Shown here: positions 18,783 to 29,378 of the stretch, piece by piece
Numbering within the stretch: the first letter of the stretch is position 1
Layout of the letters: every line of letters starts with the position of its first letter
Assembly: GCA_963662945.1 (NCBI GenBank)
Contig: OY759974.1
Coordinates: 1,184,001 to 1,248,000 of the forward strand
Reading direction: 5' to 3'
From: Arcobacteraceae bacterium
Lineage (GTDB): Bacteria > Campylobacterota > Campylobacteria > Campylobacterales > Arcobacteraceae
Length of the DNA: 64,000 nucleotides
The notes under the pieces: generated by a model
What the model was told of the DNA's origin: nothing
Databases searched by the model: none
What the model saw: the letters and a program-made list of their open reading frames with translations, nothing else
Made by a program: the position numbers and the translations under genes

Positions 18783-20597
18783 TTATAAAGCTGGTTTTAA
18801 ATAATCAAGTTTAATAAGTATTTTTACAACCTCTTTAAAAACTGGAACAGCTGAGTTTGAAGCATAATAATAATACCACTTATCTCCCCTATTTACTGGG
18901 TCGTTTACTGTTACCCCCACAGTATATCTATGCTCTTTATCATTTACAAATCCAAAAAAACTACTCATATATTTTCTTTGATATTTCCCTTGTTCAACTA
19001 CATTTGCTGTACCTGTTTTTCCACCAATTTCAAGGCCATCTATTTGTGTTTTTTTTCCGGTTCCTTTTTCTACAGTTTGTATTAACATCTTTTTCATAAA
19101 ATCAGCAGTTTTTTTTGATATAACTTGTGGTTCTAGAATTTGTGCATTTTTATTTGTAAGATAAGGAGTAACTATTTTTCCATCATTATTAAATACAGAG
19201 TAGGCTTTTAATACTTGCATAAAAGTAGCTGTAATACCTTGCCCATAAGAATCTGTAGCTTTAAAAACGTTATCTTCACCCTTATCCTCACCAGCTCTGT
19301 ATTGATATAGTTTATGTATAATACCTCTTGATTCAAAAGGCAAATCTATCCCTGTTTTTTGCGATAATCCAAAATTTAGGTATCCATTATAAAATTGTTC
19401 TGCACTTAATCTATTTGCAATAGTAAGCGTCCCTATATTGCTAGAATAGATAATAATATCTTCTAACGTAAGATAATTTTTTTCAAATTGATGATCATCT
19501 TTAATAGTAAATCGCCCTATTTTATACTTTCCTCGTGGGAATTCCCCTTTTGAATTTGTTTTCCCAGTATTATGTGCGAAAAAAAGTTCATTTTTCTTTA
19601 CTTTTCCTGCATCTACTGCTAAAGATATAGCAATGGGTTTAATAACAGAACCTGGTTCAAAATTATATTCAATGGCATTGATTTTTAAATGTTCTATCTC
19701 ATTTTGTTTAATATCAGATGGATTATATCTATTTGAACTAGCAAGAGAGAGAATTTTTCCTGTTCTACTATCCATAACAGAAACTAGTATCTCTTGAGCT
19801 TCAAATTTTTCTTTATATCTATCTAACATTAGTTCAATATTTTTTTGAAGTTTTAAAGGGATTGTTATAGTTACATCATCACCATCCTTTCTTTTTATGA
19901 TTTTTGAGTCTTTATTAAAAATAATATAAGAAAGAATATCTTTTTCCCCTTCTAGGAGTCCATCTTGAAAATTGTTTAGTTTTTGATTAAACTCTCTTTC
20001 AATTCCATTAATACCATTAACTCTTTGTTTTCCTTGTTTGGAATTTTGCTCTTTTATATATCCCAAAACTGGTGTTAAAGTATCTTTATAGGGATAAACT
20101 CTTTCCTCCCCTGTTTCATATATATCTAATCCATGAATATATGTATTTCCATTTCGTTTAATTGGAACAAATACATCTAAAGCCCTTAATTTAAAAGACA
20201 AAGATTTTAACTCCTTGGCTGTTTTTTGATCAATAGTTCTTGAAAGAATTGTATAACCAGTTTTTTCTGATAATTTTTCTCGTAACTCTTTTTTAGGAAT
20301 ATCACTATATATTGAAAAAAGTGTAATAAATAATTCTTTTTTATCTTTATCAATTGAACGGGTATCAACAGAGGCTGAGTAGATTTTTCGAGAAGTTCCT
20401 ATTTTAAATCCATCTCCACTATAAATATTACCTCGTACTGCTAAATCTTTTTTAGCATAAGTTAAAGATGGCAATTCTCTATTATCTTTAATTGTGTTAA
20501 TTATAGAAAAGATTAGTATTGTAAAAAAGACAAATATCAAACCAACAAGTATCAAAATCTTTTTCATTACGGGTAATTGTTGTTTTTGTAAAGACAA
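18783..20597 (-). CDS. ftsI: Class B penicillin-binding protein (FtsI/PBP3-like)
   Basis: N-terminal TM, RGNIY, R.YP, EPGSVIKP (SxxK), SSN, KTGT. Divergent from ftsW. Confidence 0.85.
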   Translation of the reverse strand: MSLQKQQLPVMKKILILVGLIFVFFTILIFSIINTIKDNRELPSLTYAKKDLAVRGNIYSGDGFKIGTSRKIYSASVDTRSIDKDKKELFITLFSIYSDIPKKELREKLSEKTGYTILSRTIDQKTAKELKSLSFKLRALDVFVPIKRNGNTYIHGLDIYETGEERVYPYKDTLTPVLGYIKEQNSKQGKQRVNGINGIEREFNQKLNNFQDGLLEGEKDILSYIIFNKDSKIIKRKDGDDVTITIPLKLQKNIELMLDRYKEKFEAQEILVSVMDSRTGKILSLASSNRYNPSDIKQNEIEHLKINAIEYNFEPGSVIKPIAISLAVDAGKVKKNELFFAHNTGKTNSKGEFPRGKYKIGRFTIKDDHQFEKNYLTLEDIIIYSSNIGTLTIANRLSAEQFYNGYLNFGLSQKTGIDLPFESRGIIHKLYQYRAGEDKGEDNVFKATDSYGQGITATFMQVLKAYSVFNNDGKIVTPYLTNKNAQILEPQVISKKTADFMKKMLIQTVEKGTGKKTQIDGLEIGGKTGTANVVEQGKYQRKYMSSFFGFVNDKEHRYTVGVTVNDPVNRGDKWYYYYASNSAVPVFKEVVKILIKLDYLKPAL

Positions 20598-20647
20598 ATA
20601 TCCTCCAACGTTTGAAAAGTTTTGGTTTTAATTGGTATAATTCCCGA

Positions 20648-21880
20648 ATGAATTCTATCAAAAATATGATTAAATCCTTAACAGATAACAATCAACCAGA
20701 CTATACCCTATTTTTTTTAAGTTCTACACTTATTATTATTAGTATATTATTTTCTTATTCTTTATCAATCTATACTGTTGTTTACTGGGATTACGATCAA
20801 TTTCACTTTTTTTTCAGACAACTATTTACGGGTGTTTTATCTATACTTATTATGTGGAGTTTAGCACAAATAAAACCAGATATTCTTATCCCAAAATTGG
20901 GATGGTTTTTATTTTTATTTTTTCTATTTTTAATGATTATTATGCAAGTTTTACCTGCATCTATGGTAACTGAATCAGGCGGTGCAAAAAGGTGGATACG
21001 ACTTCCTGGAATCTCTATCTCCCCTGTTGAGTTTTTTAAAATAGGATTTATCTATTATCTCGCTTGGTCTTTTCATAGAAAATTATTAGACTTAGATAAA
21101 CTCTCTTTTAAAGAGGAGTTAAAAGTTTTAGCACCTTATGCATTGGTATTTAGTTTTTCTGTATTTTTAATAGCAGTTTTACAAAAAGATTTAGGACAGG
21201 TGGTACTTTTAGCTGTTATACTCTTTATTATGCTTATATTTGCTAACAGAAGTTGGAAAATATTTGCATCTTTAATTGGTGTTGCTGTTGTAGGACTTGC
21301 AAGTTTAATTCTCCTTTTCCCACATAGGATTACACGTATAAAAAGTTGGTGGAGTATGGTACAAGATGGCGTTCTCTCTTTCATGCCTGATAGTGTTGCT
21401 AAATCTTTAAGAATAGAAGAATTTCCGGAACCTTATCAGGTAGGAAACTCACTTAATGCCATAAATAATGGTGGGTATTTTGGAGAAGGATTAGGCAATG
21501 GTTCATTAAAACTTGGATTTTTAAGTGAAGTACATACTGACTTTGTTCTAGCAGGAATCACAGAAGAGGTAGGTTTTATTGGATTTTTGATTATTGTTTT
21601 AATTCTCTTTACCATTATCTTTAGAATTTTTCGTACAAGCAGAAGAATTAAAAACCCAAAATACCATCTCTTTACATTAGGAATTGGCTTAATGATAAGT
21701 ATAGCTTTTTTAATCAACTCTTATGGAATCTCTGGAATTATACCAATTAAAGGGATAGCCGTGCCATTTTTAAGCTATGGAGGAAGTTCGATGTTAGGAA
21801 TTTCTATTGCCATTGGAATGGTACTTTCAATTAGTAGAGATATTCCAAAAGAACGGAAAGATAAAGAATCTAAAGAGTAA
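20648..21880 (+). CDS. ftsW: SEDS peptidoglycan polymerase FtsW
   Basis: GAKRWI, PVEFFK, QKDLG, LSEVHTDF, PFLSYGGSS. Start uncertain (20648 or 20666). Confidence 0.88.
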   Translation: MNSIKNMIKSLTDNNQPDYTLFFLSSTLIIISILFSYSLSIYTVVYWDYDQFHFFFRQLFTGVLSILIMWSLAQIKPDILIPKLGWFLFLFFLFLMIIMQVLPASMVTESGGAKRWIRLPGISISPVEFFKIGFIYYLAWSFHRKLLDLDKLSFKEELKVLAPYALVFSFSVFLIAVLQKDLGQVVLLAVILFIMLIFANRSWKIFASLIGVAVVGLASLILLFPHRITRIKSWWSMVQDGVLSFMPDSVAKSLRIEEFPEPYQVGNSLNAINNGGYFGEGLGNGSLKLGFLSEVHTDFVLAGITEEVGFIGFLIIVLILFTIIFRIFRTSRRIKNPKYHLFTLGIGLMISIAFLINSYGISGIIPIKGIAVPFLSYGGSSMLGISIAIGMVLSISRDIPKERKDKESKE

Positions 21881-22217
21881 TATTTTCTAAATACTCTAAC
21901 TCTTCTCCTGCAAATATAATAGCATCTATACAATATACCACATCAAGCTTTTTTTCTTTTAAATAATAATCAATTGCCCGATAAAGTTTATAAAGTTTTT
22001 GAGGCGTTATATTATAAACTGCTTCAAAAGTTTCCCCACTTTTTACCTCTACAAAATGATACACTTCATCTTTTTGGGCAATAATATCTATCTCACCTAA
22101 TTTTTTTGCATGGTAATTTTGCTCTATTATTTTACAACCAATTGAACATAAATATTCAACGGCTTTTTTTTCAAAATATTTACCTTTGGTTGTAGTATTA
22201 TTAGTTTTAGTATCCAT
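21870..22217 (-). CDS. YraN (UPF0102) family endonuclease-like protein
   Basis: GKYFEKKA, GEIDIIA, FVEVKS PD-(D/E)xK motif. Start trimmed to ATG 22217. Confidence 0.85.
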   Translation of the reverse strand: MDTKTNNTTTKGKYFEKKAVEYLCSIGCKIIEQNYHAKKLGEIDIIAQKDEVYHFVEVKSGETFEAVYNITPQKLYKLYRAIDYYLKEKKLDVVYCIDAIIFAGEELEYLENITL

Positions 22218-22257
22218 TGGATAAAATACTATCTTAATTTTTGTTATAAGGATATTT

Positions 22258-22968
22258 ATGGAATTTGCTTTTATAGTAAAGAAAATTATAAGTGCTATGA
22301 TTATGCCTTTAAGTCTTGGACTTTTTTTAGCTTTAGTTGGACTTGTATTTTTATATTTAAACAAACTAAAAAAAGCGAAAATATTTTTAACTATAAGCAT
22401 ACTCTGGATCAGTATTCTAAGCTATTCTCCATTTGCAAATTTTTTAATTAATCCTCTAACATCTACATACGAGAAACTAGAAAATATACCTGCTGATGTA
22501 AAATATATTTTACTTTTAGGTGGAGATATGGAACATAGAGCTTGGGAAGTATTACGTCTTTATCATCAAATTCCAAATGCAAAGATTATTACTTCTGGCT
22601 ATGAAGGTGGCTTAACTATCCCGGAAGCTATTCTTACTGCAAATATCTTATACAAAATTAATATTCCTAAAAATGATATTATTATACACTCAACACCAAA
22701 AGATACAAAAGAAGAAGCTATAGAGATAAAAAAGCTCTTAGGGGAAACACCTTTTATCTTGGTAACAGCGGCACATCATATGCCTCGGGCTATGGCATTA
22801 TTCCATAAAGAAGGATTGAATCCTATTGCTGCACCTGCTGGACTTAGTTCTTATACAACCATTAATCTACTCTCTATGCCAAATGCCAGTAGTTTGCACA
22901 AAACAGAAATTGCATGGCATGAATATTTAGGGTTACTTTGGAGTAAATTAAGAGGACAAATAGATTGA
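22258..22968 (+). CDS. ElyC/SanA/YdcF (DUF218) family envelope protein
   Basis: Two N-terminal TMs, LLGG, ITSG, DTKEEA, LVTAAHHMPRA, HEYLG. Confidence 0.85.
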   Translation: MEFAFIVKKIISAMIMPLSLGLFLALVGLVFLYLNKLKKAKIFLTISILWISILSYSPFANFLINPLTSTYEKLENIPADVKYILLLGGDMEHRAWEVLRLYHQIPNAKIITSGYEGGLTIPEAILTANILYKINIPKNDIIIHSTPKDTKEEAIEIKKLLGETPFILVTAAHHMPRAMALFHKEGLNPIAAPAGLSSYTTINLLSMPNASSLHKTEIAWHEYLGLLWSKLRGQID

Positions 22969-23657
22969 ATATTGTAAATAAAGAATTTTCAAAACATGCT
23001 GAAGAATACAACCATTATAATATTATACAACAAATTGTTTCTAAGGCAATGGTACGAGAATTAGGTTTTAAACCTCGAAGAATTCTAGAACTTGGTTGTG
23101 GTTCAGGGCAAGTATTTAAAAATATAGATTTTGATTTTGAATACTATAAAGCAATAGATTTTTCACAAAATATGTGTGATATTCATCCAAAACAAAAAAA
23201 TTTAGATATTGTTTGTGTTGATTTTGATAGTGTTGATTTTCATAATACAATTAAAAATGACAAATATGATATAGTATTATCCTCTTCTGCTTTACAATGG
23301 TCAAAAGATTTAAAAAAAATCATTCAAAGTCTTGCAATGGTTTCTGAAAATATCCATATGGTACTTTTTACATCTAATACATTTAAAACAATTTTTTCTC
23401 TTACAAATACACACTCACCAATTTTAGATATAACTACTATAAAAGATGCTTTTGATACTTATTATAATTGCGAATATGAAATTTTGAACTACAAACTAGA
23501 ATTTAATAACAAAAAAAAGCTTTTTGATTATATTAAAAATTCTGGTGTAAGTGGCGGACAAAAACTCTCTTATAAAGAAGCAAAAAAACTTTATCAAAAT
23601 TATGATTTAAATTATTTAGAATTTGAAGTTGTATTTATAAAAGGGAAAAGATGTTAG
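22965..23657 (+). CDS. BioC-like SAM-dependent methyltransferase
   Basis: FSKHAEEY..IQQ, ILELGCGSG, SSSALQW, SGVSG. Confidence 0.7.
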   Translation: MNIVNKEFSKHAEEYNHYNIIQQIVSKAMVRELGFKPRRILELGCGSGQVFKNIDFDFEYYKAIDFSQNMCDIHPKQKNLDIVCVDFDSVDFHNTIKNDKYDIVLSSSALQWSKDLKKIIQSLAMVSENIHMVLFTSNTFKTIFSLTNTHSPILDITTIKDAFDTYYNCEYEILNYKLEFNNKKKLFDYIKNSGVSGGQKLSYKEAKKLYQNYDLNYLEFEVVFIKGKRC

Positions 23658-24718
23658 TGCATATTTGTTGTAGTGTTGATAGTCACTATTTTTTACAAAG
23701 ATTACAAGAAGAATATCCAGATGAAAAATTAATTGGATTTTTTTATGATCCAAATATCCATCCGTATAGTGAATATAAATTACGACTTCAAGATGTACAA
23801 TATAGTTGCAAAAAACTAGGCATTGAACTTCTTGAGGGAGAATATGATTTAGAAAATTGGCTCAAAATTACTAAAGGCTTGGAAAATGAACCTGAAAAAG
23901 GTGATAGATGTACAGTTTGTTTTGATAATAGATTAGAAGTGAGTGTGCAAAAAGCTTTAGAATTAGGTGAAAATAAATTTACTACTACCCTTTTAATCAG
24001 TCCAAAAAAATCTCAAGAAAAATTAGAAAAAATAGGAAATGATTTAGCAGATAAATATCATTGTGAATTTCTATTTAAAGATTATAGAAGTGGAAATGGT
24101 GTAGAACTTCAAGGATTGGAAGTAAAACAAAATAATCTTTATAGACAAAACTATTGTGGCTGTTTATATGGATTACATGCGCAAAGAGAATACCAAGATA
24201 AATTGGCAGATGAACTTATGATGCCTATTAGTAAACAAATACAGCCAGAATCCATAGAAGAAAGGTTAGAGTTATATCGAAAAAGAGATGATTTAGAAAA
24301 CTATGAAATAGTAAAACAAAGATTTTTAAATTACAGATTACTCAATGCAAAGATTACCATTAATAAAGAAGTAATTCCTTCATATTTTTTATGTTACTCA
24401 ACTTTAAAAAATAAAAAAACTCAAGGAAAAATAGAAAAATCAATCAATAATATACATTATCTAAATCGTGATGAAGTAAAACTTATTACATTAGATACAT
24501 TTAATACACTTGCAAATACTGAATATAAAAACATTTATGAACTTATTTATAATCCTCCACTTTTTAACAAAGAGTTAGAAATACGAAATTTGCTTACTCA
24601 AAACCCTTATGATCTATCAACTATTATCATTTTAGAACAAATTATCAACGGTAAAATTGAGATATATTGTGATGGAAAAGTTTTTGAAGATATCAAAGAG
24701 ACAATTATAACATATTAA
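23651..24718 (+). CDS. queH: Epoxyqueuosine reductase QueH (Campylobacterota long form)
   Basis: HICCSVD, PNIHPYSEY, RCTVCF, TTLLISPKK, YRQNYCGC. Confidence 0.9.
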   Translation: MLVHICCSVDSHYFLQRLQEEYPDEKLIGFFYDPNIHPYSEYKLRLQDVQYSCKKLGIELLEGEYDLENWLKITKGLENEPEKGDRCTVCFDNRLEVSVQKALELGENKFTTTLLISPKKSQEKLEKIGNDLADKYHCEFLFKDYRSGNGVELQGLEVKQNNLYRQNYCGCLYGLHAQREYQDKLADELMMPISKQIQPESIEERLELYRKRDDLENYEIVKQRFLNYRLLNAKITINKEVIPSYFLCYSTLKNKKTQGKIEKSINNIHYLNRDEVKLITLDTFNTLANTEYKNIYELIYNPPLFNKELEIRNLLTQNPYDLSTIIILEQIINGKIEIYCDGKVFEDIKETIITY

Positions 24719-24791
24719 TTACTAAAGCTTTCTTTAAGAACATCTTAAGTATTATTCCAAACTAAATTTTTTATAACAAGGGATAACAGCT

Positions 24792-25052
24792 ATGGCAAAC
24801 CATAAATCAGCTGCAAAGAGAGCAAAACAAACTATCGTAAAAACTGAAAGAAACAGATTCTTCAAAGCAAGAATCAAAAATGTTACTAAAGCAGTTTTAA
24901 GTGCAGTAGAAGCTAATGATAAAGAAGCTGCAACAACAGCAATGAAAGATGCAAATAAATATCTTCACCACTGTGTAAGCAAAAACATTCTTAAAAAAGC
25001 TACTGCTTCAAGAAAAGTAAGTAGATTACAAGCTAAAGTTAACGCTTTATAA
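24792..25052 (+). CDS. rpsT: 30S ribosomal protein S20
   Basis: [22 protein letters not shown]. Confidence 0.97.
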   Translation: MANHKSAAKRAKQTIVKTERNRFFKARIKNVTKAVLSAVEANDKEAATTAMKDANKYLHHCVSKNILKKATASRKVSRLQAKVNAL

Positions 25053-25149
25053 GACTAATTTCTAAACTATTTTTAATATACAAACAAACTGTGTATTAAT
25101 ATAGTTTACTTTTCGTTATTTTACAACAAATCCACACTTAGGTATTTTT

Positions 25150-26217
25150 ATGTTACAAGACAAACTACAGCACTTTATTGATAGATATGAAGAGATAAAT
25201 AAACTTTTAGTATCAGATACTATTTTGAGTGATATTAAAAAAATGACTACTCTATCAAAAGAACAGTCTAGTATAGCAAAAATTGTTGAAGCAGCTCGTG
25301 AATATAATACACTTATATCAGACATAGAAGATAATAAAATGCTTTTAGGTGATGAAGAATTAGGTGAATTAGCAAAAGAGGAACTTAAAGAGTTAGAGGC
25401 AAGAAAACCTAAACTTGAAGAAGAGATTAAATTACTTCTTTTACCAAAAGATCCAAATGATGAAAAAAACATCTATATAGAACTTCGAGCAGGTACTGGT
25501 GGAGACGAAGCTGCACTATTTGTAGCAGACTTATTTAGAACATATATACGATTCGCTGAAAATCAAGGTTGGAAAACTGAGATTATGAGTAGCAGTGAGT
25601 CAGAATCAGGTGGATATAAAGAGATGATTTTCCTAGTAAAAGGAGAATCAGTTTACAGTAAAATGAAATTTGAATCAGGTGTGCACCGAGTTCAAAGGGT
25701 TCCAGCAACAGAATCTCAAGGAAGAGTACATACAAGTGCTATTACAGTTGCTGTAATTCCAGAAGTTGATGATATTGAAATAGAGATAAAAGAAAGTGAT
25801 CTTAAGATTGATGTAATGAGAAGTAGTGGTTGTGGTGGGCAATCTGTAAATACAACAGACTCTGCTGTAAGAATCACTCACTTACCAACAGGAATTGTAG
25901 TAACAAACCAAGATCAAAAATCTCAGCATAAAAATAAAGATAAAGCTATGAAAGTTTTAAAAGCTAGACTTTATGACATGCAAGAACAAGAGCGAATGGA
26001 AGCTGCAGGTGCAGATAGAAAAGCTCAAGTTGGAACAGGTGATAGAAGTGCAAGAATTAGAACTTACAACTATCCGCAAGGAAGAATTAGTGATCATAGA
26101 ATTAACTTAACACTTTATAGACTTGATGCGATTATGAATGATGGATTATTAGAAGAAATTATTGATCCATTAATTGCAGATCATCAAGCAAAACTTATGG
26201 AGATGAGTGGAGTATAA
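25150..26217 (+). CDS. prfA: Peptide chain release factor 1
   Basis: RVPATE (PxT) motif, [15 protein letters not shown]. Confidence 0.97.
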   Translation: MLQDKLQHFIDRYEEINKLLVSDTILSDIKKMTTLSKEQSSIAKIVEAAREYNTLISDIEDNKMLLGDEELGELAKEELKELEARKPKLEEEIKLLLLPKDPNDEKNIYIELRAGTGGDEAALFVADLFRTYIRFAENQGWKTEIMSSSESESGGYKEMIFLVKGESVYSKMKFESGVHRVQRVPATESQGRVHTSAITVAVIPEVDDIEIEIKESDLKIDVMRSSGCGGQSVNTTDSAVRITHLPTGIVVTNQDQKSQHKNKDKAMKVLKARLYDMQEQERMEAAGADRKAQVGTGDRSARIRTYNYPQGRISDHRINLTLYRLDAIMNDGLLEEIIDPLIADHQAKLMEMSGV

Positions 26218-26355
26218 CTCTTCTCCTATCTTTTCAAAAAACACCAACCAAAGAATAATTAAAGAAAACTTAAGTTAGAATAACACTCTACAAAGCAAAT
26301 ATAAATCATAAATAACATTGCATTGTTAAAAAAGTAAAAATACAGGGATAAAATT

Positions 26356-27561
26356 ATGGAAAAAATTATAGATATTATAGATTCTATTGCATATGAAAAA
26401 GGTTTAAAAGTAAGTGATGTAGAAGATGCACTAAAAGAATCATTGATTAAAACTGCACAAAAAATGCAAGATGATAGCCTAGTGTATGAAGCAGATATTG
26501 ATAGAGCTAATAAAACTTTAAAACTATCACAAAAGATTGAAGTAGTATCTAATGATGATAAAAGACTCTCAGGAGATGCTAGAGAAGAACAAAATGCTTG
26601 GGAAAAAGAAAATGGTGTTGAAGGAAAACTTATTAATCCTGAAAACTTTTTACCAATTGATGAAGCAAAAGAGATTGACCCTGATCTAGAAATTGGTGAC
26701 TTTTTAAATTATGATTTAGAATTTGAATCTATGGGAAGAAATGCAGCTACGATTCTTTTCAGTAACTTAGAATATAAACTTCAAAGATTTATAGAAGACA
26801 ATTTATACAATAAATATAACGATCAAGTTGGAGACACAATCACAAGCGTTGTGACACAAGTTGATTCAAATGATAATACATTTATTGAAATTGGTGAAGT
26901 AAAAGGTATTTTACCTAGAAAAAATAGAATAAAAGGGGAATCATTCAAAGTTGGGGATTCTTTAAAGGCTGTTGTAAAAAGTGTAAATATTGATAAAAGA
27001 CTAGGTCTTGTAGTGGAAGTTTCAAGAACTAGTCCAAAATTTTTAGAAAGTTTATTAGCACTAGAAGTACCAGAATTACATGATAAAAAAATAACAATAG
27101 AAAATACTGCAAGGATTCCAGGAAGTAGAGCAAAAATAGCACTTTCTACTACAGAAGCAAATATTGATCCAATTGGTGCAATAGTTGGTGTAAAAGGTGT
27201 GAGAATCAATGCTGTTAGTCAACAATTAAATGGTGAAAATATAGATTGTATTGAATATACTCCAATTAAAGAGATGTTTGTAAGCCGTGCTTTAAGTCCA
27301 GCTATTGTAAAAAGTGTAAAAATTGAAGCAGGTGCTGGAGAAAAAGGGAAAGATAAAGCTATTGTAACAATTTCTGAAGATCAAAAAAGTAGAGCAATAG
27401 GAAAAGTTGGTTTAAATATAAGACTTGCGTCAATGTTAACAAAATGTGAAATAGAACTTAATGTTTTAGAAGAAGGAACAAAAGCAACTGCACAAGATGG
27501 TGTTGATACAACAGAAGAAAAATCAACAGATACTTCAAGTTTAGAGGCACTATTTAACTAA
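26356..27561 (+). CDS. nusA: Transcription factor NusA
   Basis: MEKIIDII..EKG, S1 domain, RIPGSRAK, DPIGAIVGVKG, AIGKVGLNIRLAS. Confidence 0.95.
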   Translation: MEKIIDIIDSIAYEKGLKVSDVEDALKESLIKTAQKMQDDSLVYEADIDRANKTLKLSQKIEVVSNDDKRLSGDAREEQNAWEKENGVEGKLINPENFLPIDEAKEIDPDLEIGDFLNYDLEFESMGRNAATILFSNLEYKLQRFIEDNLYNKYNDQVGDTITSVVTQVDSNDNTFIEIGEVKGILPRKNRIKGESFKVGDSLKAVVKSVNIDKRLGLVVEVSRTSPKFLESLLALEVPELHDKKITIENTARIPGSRAKIALSTTEANIDPIGAIVGVKGVRINAVSQQLNGENIDCIEYTPIKEMFVSRALSPAIVKSVKIEAGAGEKGKDKAIVTISEDQKSRAIGKVGLNIRLASMLTKCEIELNVLEEGTKATAQDGVDTTEEKSTDTSSLEALFN

Positions 27562-28973
27562 TGTCAACAAAAGCAGATATATTCCTTTTTGATAGTGTAC
27601 AAAAGAAAAAGGTCTTATTTGAACCTCAAGAAGAGGGAAAAGTTGTTATCTATGTGTGTGGGCCAACAGTATATGATGATGCACATCTGGGACATGCCAG
27701 AAGTGCTATAGTTTTTGATATCTTACATAGAGTTTTCAAAGTTAATAATTATGATGTAACTATGGCTAAAAACTTTACTGATATTGATGATAAAATTATT
27801 AAAAAGATGCAAGAATCTGGAAAATCTCTGGAAGAGATTACAACATATTATATTAATCGTTACAAAAATGATATGAATAAACTGCATATTCTAGATAATA
27901 CACTTGAACCTTATGCTACAAAAAATATTGATGCTATGCAAGAGATGTGTCAAAAACTTTTAGATAATGACAAAGCTTATATTTTAGAAGATGGTGTCTA
28001 TCTTGATACTTCAAAAGATCCCCATTATGGAGAACTATCTCATCGGGCAAGTGATGAAAACTCTCAAGCAAGAGTAGAATCAAATAATAATAAAAAAGAT
28101 CAAAAAGATTTTGCATTATGGAAATTTTTCTCTTCAGAACAAATAGGTTATAAAACTAATTTTGGATATGGACGACCGGGTTGGCATTTAGAATGTAGTG
28201 CAATGATTGAAAAACACCTTGCAAATCATAATCTACCTTATGCTATTGATATTCATGGAGGAGGTGCTGATTTACTTTTTCCACACCATGAGAATGAAGC
28301 AAGTCAAACACGTTGTTGTACCTCTCAAGAATTAGCAAAGTATTGGATGCATAATGGTTTTGTAAATATTAATGGTGAAAAGATGTCTAAATCACTTGGT
28401 AATAGTTTTTTCCTCAAAGATGCTCTAAAAAATTATGATGGAGAAGTGATTCGATTTTATATACTTAATACGCATTACAGATCTGATTTAAGTTTTAATG
28501 AAGAAGACTTACTAACAAGTAAAAAAAGATTAGATAAACTATATAGAGTAAAAAAAAGAGTATATGGTACAACTGCTAGTTCTGTCAACAAAGAGATACA
28601 ACAACAATTAATTGCCTCTTTAAATGATGATATGAATACTTCAAAAGCAATGGCTATATTAGATGAATATATCTCTACAGTAAATGATACTCTTGATAAG
28701 AATCCTAAAGATAAAGCACTCAAAAAAGAGTTCATAGCAACTATTAATTTTATTTCTTCTCTTTTAGGAATTGGTACTCAAGACAGTTTTGAATATTTTC
28801 AATTTGGAATTACAGAAGAAGAAAAGAATACTATTGAACAACTTATCAATGATAGAACAAAAGCAAAACAAGAAAAAAACTTTGAAGAGTCAGATAAAAT
28901 AAGAGAAAAGTTAATAGCGATGGGAATATCTCTTATGGATACTCCAACTGGAACTATGTGGGAGAAAAACTAA
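27561..28973 (+). CDS. cysS: Cysteine--tRNA ligase
   Basis: YVCGPTVY..HLGH, GRPGWHLEC, FPHHENE, KMSKS. Confidence 0.97.
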   Translation: MSTKADIFLFDSVQKKKVLFEPQEEGKVVIYVCGPTVYDDAHLGHARSAIVFDILHRVFKVNNYDVTMAKNFTDIDDKIIKKMQESGKSLEEITTYYINRYKNDMNKLHILDNTLEPYATKNIDAMQEMCQKLLDNDKAYILEDGVYLDTSKDPHYGELSHRASDENSQARVESNNNKKDQKDFALWKFFSSEQIGYKTNFGYGRPGWHLECSAMIEKHLANHNLPYAIDIHGGGADLLFPHHENEASQTRCCTSQELAKYWMHNGFVNINGEKMSKSLGNSFFLKDALKNYDGEVIRFYILNTHYRSDLSFNEEDLLTSKKRLDKLYRVKKRVYGTTASSVNKEIQQQLIASLNDDMNTSKAMAILDEYISTVNDTLDKNPKDKALKKEFIATINFISSLLGIGTQDSFEYFQFGITEEEKNTIEQLINDRTKAKQEKNFEESDKIREKLIAMGISLMDTPTGTMWEKN

Positions 28974-29366
28974 CTATTCGTTAGCTTTCCATTGCTTGTA
29001 TAAAGCTTCATGTTCAGCAATCTCTTCTCTTGAAGGTTTTCTTCTACAAGATAGATATCCTTTACTTCCATCACAACTCTCAAATGGAAATACTGTTGCA
29101 AACACCCAATAGTATCCTCCATCTTTTGTTGCATTCTTTACATATCCTGTCCACACTTCACCTTTTTGCACTGTATCCCACAATGATTTAAATGCTGCTT
29201 TTGGCATATCTTTATGTCGTACCATATTATGTGGTTTATCTATTAATTCTTCTAAAGAGTATCCTGCTATTTTACAAAAGTCATCATTTGCAAATTTAAT
29301 TATCCCTTTTGCATCTGTTTCACTTACTAGGAATGCATAATCATCTAATACTGTTTCACCTGCCAT
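28974..29366 (-). CDS. Stand-alone PAS domain protein (Aer/CetB-like)
   Basis: LVSETDAKGII.FAN, PHNMVRHKDMP..AF..LW, W.GYVKN..KDG.YYWV. Confidence 0.88.
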   Translation of the reverse strand: MAGETVLDDYAFLVSETDAKGIIKFANDDFCKIAGYSLEELIDKPHNMVRHKDMPKAAFKSLWDTVQKGEVWTGYVKNATKDGGYYWVFATVFPFESCDGSKGYLSCRRKPSREEIAEHEALYKQWKANE

Positions 29367-29378
29367 ACTGATTCCTTT

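Noticed and set aside
22217-22400. N-terminal extension of the YraN ORF
   Set aside because: Overlaps the divergent DUF218 gene. The family-sized protein starts at 22217.
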